Shown piece by piece: positions 1-9,792 of a stretch of 32,000 nt of DNA. This stretch comes from Candidatus Electronema halotolerans (GTDB taxonomy: Bacteria > Desulfobacterota > Desulfobulbia > Desulfobulbales > Desulfobulbaceae), in NCBI GenBank assembly GCA_942493095.1, contig OW818675.1:600001-632000 (forward strand), written 5' to 3'. The translations under genes and the position numbers were made by a program. Every line of letters starts with the position of its first letter. The first letter of the stretch is position 1. Under the pieces are notes generated by a model. That model had not been told where the DNA came from and ran no database searches. It saw only the letters and a program-made list of their open reading frames with translations.

Positions 1-107
1 CAAATTAGCGCGGCAAAAGCACGCTGTCAAGAAAAAAATATGCGGTGCGCGGCAGCGAAGCAAAATCTTCGCTCTGCGATCAAAGAGGAGAATTGGATGA
101 GGAAATA

Positions 108-143
108 GAAAAAATATACCTGCTCATAGGAAAAGCCTATGAG
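108..143 (-). terminator. weak candidate intrinsic terminator after vapC
   Basis: Minus-strand hairpin with an 8-bp stem (plus coords 123-130 ctcatagg / 136-143 cctatgag, 5-nt loop). A T6 run follows about 8 nt later (plus A-run 109-114), which is poor spacing. A related 13-bp inverted repeat lies at 157-193. Confidence 0.3.
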
Positions 144-212
144 GAAACAGACGCGGCCTATTTGCTCATCCCTTTTTCCTATGAGCAGATAGGCGGAGAC
201 TGTGAAGAGAGG

Positions 213-605
213 TCAGCCGCTGATCAGCAGTTCGTCCAGTTCGCTGTACGCTGAAAACCAGCCGTCAAGGCTGATCAGTTTGCTTTTGCTGACAATCGCT
301 GTGGCGATGATGAATCTGTCCGCAGGGTCTTTATGATGATACGGAAGCTGGCCCGCAAGCTGCGCTGCCGCCGCGCTGACCGGGAGGACCTGCACATCGG
401 AGCCGCGCAAAGCCTCCTTCAGCCATTGGTCAATTGGCAGGGGCAGCTCAATCCGGCGGAACCGCTCCAGCAGGACAACCTCCCAGCAGGAAATGGCGGA
501 GACGGCCAAGGCATCGGCAGTTTCAATCAAATCAATGAGATTCTGCGGCAGCGGATCATCCGGCAGCAGCCAGCGCAGCCAGATGTGGGTATCCATCAGG
601 ATCAT
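213..605 (-). CDS. vapC: PIN-domain toxin, VapC family
   Basis: 130-aa ORF. Acidic PIN residues are in the expected order: MILMDTH (Asp5), SCWEV (Glu), HKDPADRFIIATA (Asp), LISLD (Asp). It shares a 4-bp ATGA overlap with the upstream small ORF, as is typical of type II TA pairs. Confidence 0.85.
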   Translation of the reverse strand: MILMDTHIWLRWLLPDDPLPQNLIDLIETADALAVSAISCWEVVLLERFRRIELPLPIDQWLKEALRGSDVQVLPVSAAAAQLAGQLPYHHKDPADRFIIATAIVSKSKLISLDGWFSAYSELDELLISG

Positions 606-829
606 CGCAGAATGTCCCAGTCTTCCGGCGGAGCGGCGGGCGACACGATATCGCCGAGAATCTTTCCTTTGCCGCTGATTGCGAAGGAGGGCTTGCGCCG
701 TTTCTTCGCTTTCTTCCTGTCCTCCGGCAGCAGAAAAATTGCTTCCATACGAATGTTCGGCGGCAGCTGCGGTTGATGCAGCAGCCTGCCGTGCTGATCG
801 GTCTCAAGAATGATTCGTTTAGTCTGCAT
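602..829 (-). CDS. type II antitoxin partner of VapC (VapB-like)
   Basis: 75-aa ORF translationally coupled to vapC (overlap 602-605). The acidic tail GKGKILGDIVSPAAPPEDWDIL is typical of small antitoxins. An AGGAGG sits directly upstream, with unusually short spacing. A promoter with a palindrome lies upstream. Confidence 0.7.
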   Translation of the reverse strand: MQTKRIILETDQHGRLLHQPQLPPNIRMEAIFLLPEDRKKAKKRRKPSFAISGKGKILGDIVSPAAPPEDWDILR

Positions 830-846
830 GATGCCTCCTGTCAGTT

Positions 847-885
847 TACGCTGATGAGCGTATCTTGCCGCGTTTATTCTGTCAA
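847..885 (-). promoter_or_regulatory. candidate vapBC promoter with overlapping palindromic operator
   Basis: Minus strand reads TTGACA (plus 880-885), a 17-nt spacer, then TACGCT (plus 857-862). The -10 element is the left arm of the perfect palindrome TACGCT-catc-AGCGTA (847-862). This is the classic layout for TA autoregulation. Confidence 0.5.
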
Positions 886-920
886 GCGGAACAAGGATTG
901 GGAAAAGCCGGAGCCTATAA

Positions 921-954
921 ACAGAAAAGCCCCTCCCGTTTTCCCGGAAGGGGC
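921..954 (-). terminator. intrinsic terminator after the PFOR gene
   Basis: Minus strand has GCCCCTTCCG-ggaaaa-CGGGAGGGGC, a 10-bp GC-rich stem with one U-G pair. It is followed directly by TTTTCTGTTT, about 25 nt after the stop at 979. Confidence 0.65.
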
Positions 955-978
955 CTGCTTGACGGAATCAGTCAGGAC

Positions 979-4554
<3,576 letters not shown>

Positions 4555-4577
4555 AAGAATCTCCCTGAATCCTGAAG

Positions 4578-4607
4578 TTGACGTATCCCGGCGGGATGCC
4601 GTAAAAT
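4578..4607 (+). promoter_or_regulatory. candidate sigma70-type promoter, rightward
   Basis: TTGACG (4578-4583), an 18-nt spacer, then TAAAAT (4602-4607). It could drive the small Cys-rich ORF and rluB. Based on consensus match only. Confidence 0.3.
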
Positions 4608-4735
4608 AAAAATGTCTGAACGCAAGGGCTGATTGCGGCTTGCGATGATTTTTTGATATTATTAAGAGATAGACGGTGTTCCGGCAGCGCGGGCGGCGGA
4701 CGACCGCTATGCCTGGAAAAGAGCAGAAATTTATC

Positions 4736-4764
4736 ATCATAGAACAAAATTGACGTTTGCGCAA
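4736..4764 (-). promoter_or_regulatory. candidate sigma70-type promoter for PFOR
   Basis: Minus strand reads TTGCGC (plus 4759-4764), a 17-nt spacer, then TATGAT (plus 4736-4741). This would give a leader of about 180 nt. Based on consensus match only. Confidence 0.25.
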
Positions 4765-4899
4765 GGGAAAGAAAACGCGGCGGTCTGCGGCCTTTGCCAT
4801 CCAGCCAATTATATCGGCAGGCACTCCGAGGCCCAGTTCAGCCACGGCTTCTGTCAGGAGTGTGCCAAAAAACATTATCCAGAGGTGTTTTCAAAATGA
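4750..4899 (+). CDS. candidate small Cys-rich (zinc-ribbon-like) protein, 49 aa, TTG start
   Basis: Absent from the ORF track because it is under 60 aa. The frame is open from 4666. Translation from TTG 4750 gives MTFAQGKENAAVCGLCHPANYIGRHSEAQFSHGFCQECAKKHYPEVFSK*. The CxxC-x18-CxxC pattern with an SHGFC core resembles small metal-binding proteins I recall from anaerobes. There is no in-frame ATG and no clear SD. Confidence 0.35.
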   Translation: MTFAQGKENAAVCGLCHPANYIGRHSEAQFSHGFCQECAKKHYPEVFSK

Positions 4900-5005
4900 A
4901 CAGCACCTGTCCGGCAATTGGCTTGTCTTTCGTATTCTGTCCACTTTTCCGGCAGCTTGATGCGTTCATGCCGCCAAATTTTCGCTAACCGCGTATCTGC
5001 CGATC

Positions 5006-5725
5006 ATGAACCAGAAAGAGCGTCTTCAGAAGATTATTGCCCAGGCAGGGATATGCTCGCGTCGCAGGGCGGAGGAATATATTGCTGCCGGACGGGTGGC
5101 AGTGGATGGGCGGACCGTCACGGAGCTGGGCTTCAAGGCAGATCCGGCCCAGGCGGTGATCAGTGTGGATGGACAGCCTGTCCGGCAGGAGAAAAAAAAA
5201 GTGCATCTCCTGCTCAACAAGCCGCCCGGTTATGTCACCACCTTGTCTGACCCGCAAGGCCGTCCGATTGTCACCGACCTGCTGCCGCCAGACCTGCGGC
5301 TGCGGCTTTTTCCAGTGGGCCGCCTTGATTTGGACAGCGAGGGCGCGCTCTTGCTGACCAATGACGGCGACTTGGCCAACAGAATACTGCATCCCAAATT
5401 TGAGGTGAAAAAGACCTATGAGGCCACAGTCAGGGAACTGCCTGCGGCAAGCGACCTGCGGCGGCTGGAGGCAGGCATTATTGTTGATGGCCAGAAGACT
5501 TGGCCTGCTCAAGCGCGGGTGCTGCGGCGGACAAAAACAGCGGCAGTGATCGAGATTATCATCCACGAAGGAAAAAAACGACAGGTGCGCAAGATGTTTC
5601 AAGCCATTGGCCACCCGGTCCTGCGGCTGCGGCGGACTGCCTACGGCGGCCTGCGGCTGGGCGGTCTGGGGCCGGGCAAGTGCCGTTTTTTGACCGAAAA
5701 AGATATTACAAATATATTTTATTGA
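5006..5725 (+). CDS. rluB: 23S rRNA pseudouridine synthase, RluB/RsuA family
   Basis: 239 aa. It has an N-terminal S4 domain (RLQKIIAQAGICSRRRAEEYIAAGRVAVDG), the catalytic motif PVGRLDLDSEGALLLTNDG, and HEGKKRQVRKMF. Confidence 0.9.
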   Translation: MNQKERLQKIIAQAGICSRRRAEEYIAAGRVAVDGRTVTELGFKADPAQAVISVDGQPVRQEKKKVHLLLNKPPGYVTTLSDPQGRPIVTDLLPPDLRLRLFPVGRLDLDSEGALLLTNDGDLANRILHPKFEVKKTYEATVRELPAASDLRRLEAGIIVDGQKTWPAQARVLRRTKTAAVIEIIIHEGKKRQVRKMFQAIGHPVLRLRRTAYGGLRLGGLGPGKCRFLTEKDITNIFY

Positions 5726-5896
5726 TTACTTGCTAACAATTCCTTTACAATCAGAACGATACTGGCCATAATACAACGGAAGATAAATTTTGCCAGCCGA
5801 ACTCTGTTGGAGTGCGGTTTCAACAACAGGCAGCCCAAGTCCGTTTCTTGGGAAAATCAAGCAACTGGCTGCAACAAGAGGAGAAAATTGAACAGC

Positions 5897-6196
5897 ATGA
5901 ACAAATCAGAACTGATAGAGGCTCTGGCTGAAAAAGTCGATCTGCCGGTGCGTGAGACCGCGTCCGTGACCAAAACTATCATCGACACCATGAGCGATGC
6001 CTTGGTCAAAGGAGATTCGATTGAAATCCGTGGTTTTGGCAGTTTCACGGTCAAAAAGTACGGTGCCTACACAGGCCGCAATCCCAAGTCGGGCGAGCAG
6101 ATCAATGTGGCCCCGAAAAAACTACCCTTCTTTAAAGTGGGCAAAGACCTGCGCGAGCGGGTTGATGCCGCGATGCGGGAAGAGAAGGAGCAATAA
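5897..6196 (+). CDS. ihfB: HU/IHF-family DNA-binding protein, IHF-beta-like
   Basis: 99 aa from the ATG at 5897, with a GAGGAG SD at about 5878-5884. Sequence MNKSELIEALAEK...IEIRGFGSFTVKKYGAYTGRNPKSGEQINVAPKKLPFFKVGKDLRERV matches the IHF beta signature. The 30-aa upstream extension in the ORF track was discarded. Confidence 0.85.
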   Translation: MNKSELIEALAEKVDLPVRETASVTKTIIDTMSDALVKGDSIEIRGFGSFTVKKYGAYTGRNPKSGEQINVAPKKLPFFKVGKDLRERVDAAMREEKEQ

Positions 6197-6250
6197 TCTC
6201 CTGTGGGCGGCTGATGATGCAGCGGAAGCAGTATAAAATGACGGTTCAGA

Positions 6251-7585
6251 TTATTCTGCGCCGACTATGCCGCCCACCAAATCGTAAATATGGGCCTCGG
6301 TGATGCGCACTGTGACGATGTCGCCGGGGCTGGCCCCGCCTTCGTTGATATAGACGCAGCCGTCGATCTCCGGAGCCTGAAAACGGGTGCGGCCCTCCAA
6401 AAGCAGATCCGTTTCTTGGCTCAGTCCTTCCACCAGCACTTCCATCTCTTGGCCGACATAACCTTGCAGCCGCTCCTGGCTGATGGCGGCCTGCAATTCC
6501 ATGACCTGCTGAAACCGCTCCTGTTTCACCTCATCCGGCACCTTGGGCAGAAAGTCCGCCGCAGGCGCGCCTTCCTCATCTTGATAAGGAAACACGCCGA
6601 CATGGTCCAGCCGCCAATCCTGCAAGGCTGCGAGCAGCTCCTCCACATCCTCTTCCGTCTCCCCAGGAAAGCCGACCATCAGCGTGGTGCGCAGGGCGCA
6701 GTCTGGCACCTGTTTTCTGATCCGGGCAATCAGGCAGTCCAAATCCTGCCGTCCGTAGCGGCGGTTCATGCGCTGAAGCACTTGGTCGCTGACATGCTGA
6801 AAGGGGATGTCCAAATAGGGCAGCAGGCATCTTTCTGCGGCCATCAGGTCCAGCAGCTCATCCGTGACTGAGGCCGGGTAAAGATAGAGCAGGCGCAGCC
6901 AGGGAATATCAGTTGCTGTCAAGAGTTCCCGGAGCAGCGCAGGCAGATTGCTGGCCCTGTCCAAGTCATTGCCGTAAGCAGTCAGATCTTGGGCAATCAA
7001 GGACAGCTCCTGCACCCCGGCCTGCCCCAATGCGCGAGCCTCAGCCGCCAGATCAGCAATCGGCCTGCTGCGCAGACTGCCCCGGATGGCCGGAATCATG
7101 CAGTAGGTGCAGCGGTTGTCGCAGCCTTCAGTGATTTTCAGCCAGCTCCGAAAAAAAGGCGTGGAAAGACGGCGCGGCATGGTGCTGCTGCTCAGAAAGC
7201 AGGAGGGCTGACGCAGAACCACGCTGGCATTGCTCGGCATCTGCTGAATCAGCTCCGGCAGCCGCGCTTCATCATCAATGCCGACAAAAAGATCAACTTC
7301 TGGCAGCTCCTTGGCCAAATTCGCTCCATAGCGCTGAACAAGGCAGCCAGTCACCACCAGCTTTTTCGCCGGAGCAGCCTGCTTGTATTCAGCCAGCCGG
7401 AGAATTTCATCCACTGCCTCCTCCACTGCTGGGCGGATGAAGCCGCAGGTGTTGATCAGGAGCAGATCCGCTGATGCCGGATCGTCAACCGTCCGCCAGC
7501 CGCTGAGTTCCAACGAGCCGAGCATCAGTTCAGAATCAACCAAATTTTTGGCGCAGCCGAGGCTGGTGAGGTGCAGTGTTTTCAT
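6251..7585 (-). CDS. rimO: ribosomal protein S12 methylthiotransferase
   Basis: 444 aa from the ATG at 7585 (MKTLHLTSLGCAKNLVDSE). Radical-SAM motif CDNRCTYCMIP is present. A C-terminal TRAM-like segment is present (GDIVTVRITEAHIYDLVG). Length and architecture fit RimO rather than MiaB. Confidence 0.85.
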   Translation of the reverse strand: MKTLHLTSLGCAKNLVDSELMLGSLELSGWRTVDDPASADLLLINTCGFIRPAVEEAVDEILRLAEYKQAAPAKKLVVTGCLVQRYGANLAKELPEVDLFVGIDDEARLPELIQQMPSNASVVLRQPSCFLSSSTMPRRLSTPFFRSWLKITEGCDNRCTYCMIPAIRGSLRSRPIADLAAEARALGQAGVQELSLIAQDLTAYGNDLDRASNLPALLRELLTATDIPWLRLLYLYPASVTDELLDLMAAERCLLPYLDIPFQHVSDQVLQRMNRRYGRQDLDCLIARIRKQVPDCALRTTLMVGFPGETEEDVEELLAALQDWRLDHVGVFPYQDEEGAPAADFLPKVPDEVKQERFQQVMELQAAISQERLQGYVGQEMEVLVEGLSQETDLLLEGRTRFQAPEIDGCVYINEGGASPGDIVTVRITEAHIYDLVGGIVGAE

Positions 7586-7729
7586 ACCCTGAGTTTGATA
7601 GGCAAACTGGATCAGCTTGATATTTAAAGAAGGCGGCAACCGGCGGTCTCCTATTTTTCGAGACAGCAACACTTGACAGGGGTGCCACCCAAGAGGGAGA
7701 CCGACAAAAAAAGCGACAAAATAAATGAA

Positions 7730-7853
7730 GTATTTTTCGAGGAACCCTTGATGCCGAAATCATAACATAATAGACTGAAATTTCAATATTAAAATAAAAA
7801 ATAACAAAACAAATGCAGCAGAATGGATGTTGTATTTTTCGAGGAACCCTTGA
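7730..7853 (-). mobile_element. IS-end scar: 102-bp fragment of the IS5-family element plus an extra 18-bp terminal repeat
   Basis: 7748-7849 matches 30258-30359, the transposase-proximal end of the IS at 29055-30359, with one mismatch (7761 c vs 30271 t). The terminal 18 bp gtatttttcgaggaaccc occur twice (7730-7747 and 7832-7849). Each copy is followed by TTGA. No transposase is present. Confidence 0.8.
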
Positions 7854-8548
7854 ATCGAACGGATGAACTTGGCCGGATTGACCTGCGCAGGCCGGGTCGG
7901 ATCCATGTCCGGGATCACTGCTGCCGCGCCAAGAGCTGTGGCGAAGAGGCCGAAGAGCGGAAAGCCGGGCTGATCAATATCGCCGGGGCCGATGCCGTAG
8001 TAGTCGCGGATGAGCTGGAGCTGATGAAAAAAAATGCCGTGCGTGTATTGCACGCCCTTGGGTGGGCCGGTCGAGCCGGTGGTGAAAATAATCGCGGCCA
8101 GTTCGTCTTCGCTCGTGCTGACAGCAGTGAAATCAGTGTCCTCGCCTGCGGCGAGTTTGGCTCCGAGCAGGCCGCCAAGGGATGGGCCGATGCAGATGCG
8201 GCGGCGGACAGTCTGGAAGGGTTTGCGAAAAAAACGGGCGATGAGCTGCACCGGCGGAATGGCGATCAGCACTGCTGGTTTGACTGCGCCGATGCAGCGG
8301 AGCAGTTTTTTGTAGCCCATGCCCGGATCAATCAGGATCACGGTTGCGCCGAGTTGGAACAGGGCCGCACCATGAGCATGACCCGGTCGCCGCGCCGCAC
8401 CCCTTGCGCTTGCAGGGCAGCAGCATGACGGCAGCTCGCGGAAGCTCCATTGCTGGTATTGGCCGTTTTTACCGGTGACAAGGGCGAGGGCATCGCCTCG
8501 CGTAGCTGCGGCCTCATGCAGGGCCGCGCCGATGTTGCAGTTGGTCAT
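7850..8548 (-). pseudogene. acyl-CoA/AMP-dependent ligase pseudogene (frameshifted, internally deleted, 3'-truncated)
   Basis: The N-terminal half of an AMP-binding enzyme is present, including IIFTTGSTGPPKGV. Around 8370-8430 the family-typical sequence CRHAAALQAQGVRRGDRVMLMVRP is encoded in a different frame from the flanking FREL and ALFQLGATVILIDPGMG segments. About 10 expected residues are missing before ALFQLGA. The reading frame then runs into the IS end at 7849, and the C-terminal half is absent. Confidence 0.75.
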
Positions 8549-8754
8549 AGGATGATTGAAGAAAGTTGCATTTTTTCGTTGCAAAGTCGCATGGCTGACC
8601 CATCGGCTGCATGCTGTTTAGTAACTATTCAAAATGATTGGTTTTTTTATTTTTCAAGCTATATGCTTGCTGAAATATTTTGACTTTCCTCTACGGGCTG
8701 TGATATTTATATAGTAACGTTTATTTTTTACAACTTACTGTCAAGGAGACAAAA

Positions 8755-9780
8755 ATGAAAGTAAATTATTCCGTTATGATGAAAGTAGCACTGTGCGCAA
8801 TGTTCTCGGCTGGCAACGGTTTTGCGGCAACAATTATAGTTGACAACAACCCGAACCACAGCGCAGATTACACGACCTTGCAAGAAGCTGTTGATGCGGC
8901 AACTGCTGGGGATACTATATTGATAGGACCATCTTTTAATGGAAACTCATACGGAGACGCAGATATAAAGAAAAAACTCTTTATTTATGGTACAGGATAT
9001 TTGCTTGAAGAGAATAATTACAAAGGAGGAGTTTCGCAGCTTGGATATATTACTTTTTGGGGTGATTTCATTGGCTTGTCTCCGAATGGTTCAATTATTT
9101 CTGGAGTAGAAGCTAACAGTATTGATATTTCAGTCCAAGACGATGAAGCTTACGTAATTGAGAATATTTCGATAAAAAGAAATAAAATCGGACAGGTTTC
9201 TTTGAATTCTTCTAATCAAGAGTTAAGAATTAAAGATATTATTATATCTAACAATATGATTACAGGAGGCGCGATTAGTATCGGAAATGCAATAGCTATT
9301 ATTAATAATAATATTATCAAAACCAATAGTACTTCAGGTACAGGTTTCGTGTGCTTTTCCGGGGAAATATTAATGTTTAACAATTCGTTTATTTATGCTA
9401 AAGCGTCTTTTAATCCATCACAAATGTTTAATGGAGAATGTTCAGGAGAAGTCTATGGTAATATATTTAATGAATATGAAAAAGGATCATCAATACCTGT
9501 AAATATCCATGATAATTACAATGGCACTTATACGGTATTGGAACAACAAGTTTATACATGGACAGGTTCTGAAGATTCTCAGTTTCAGCTCAGGGCGAAT
9601 TCTCTTGCCAAAGGCGCATGTTTGAATGGTGCAGACTGCGGCGCTTTTGCCGGTACGACCCCGTATATTCTGTCCGGCCTGCCGCCCCGTCCCAGAATAA
9701 CCAACCTTGAGCTGCCCGCTTCCGTGCTGAAAACCGATACAACCATGCAGGTTACAGTTTCTGCTGAAAGCCGCAATTAA
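8755..9780 (+). CDS. secreted right-handed beta-helix repeat protein
   Basis: 341 aa with an AAGGAG SD and a signal peptide (MMKVALCAMFSAGNGFA). The motif ATIIVDNNPNHSADYTTLQEAVDAATAGDTILIG and repeated NN-I-x-x-N turns are typical of PbH1/pectate-lyase-like folds. The gene is visibly AT-rich compared with its neighbours. Confidence 0.7.
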   Translation: MKVNYSVMMKVALCAMFSAGNGFAATIIVDNNPNHSADYTTLQEAVDAATAGDTILIGPSFNGNSYGDADIKKKLFIYGTGYLLEENNYKGGVSQLGYITFWGDFIGLSPNGSIISGVEANSIDISVQDDEAYVIENISIKRNKIGQVSLNSSNQELRIKDIIISNNMITGGAISIGNAIAIINNNIIKTNSTSGTGFVCFSGEILMFNNSFIYAKASFNPSQMFNGECSGEVYGNIFNEYEKGSSIPVNIHDNYNGTYTVLEQQVYTWTGSEDSQFQLRANSLAKGACLNGADCGAFAGTTPYILSGLPPRPRITNLELPASVLKTDTTMQVTVSAESRN

Positions 9781-9792
9781 CAGGGGGACATC

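Noticed and set aside
45-254. 69-aa ORF at the left edge (GTG start) overlapping the vapC 3' end
   Set aside because: It has a non-ATG start without an SD. It runs through two strong inverted repeats (123-143, 157-193) that look like the vapBC terminator region. I recognise no motif.
4555-4875. 107-aa N-terminal extension of the PFOR ORF in the six-frame track (start at 4875)
   Set aside because: The extension (MFFGTLLTEAVAELG...) has no PFOR-like sequence. The canonical PFOR N-terminus begins at the ATG at 4554, which has an SD. The extension is simply open frame in the upstream region.
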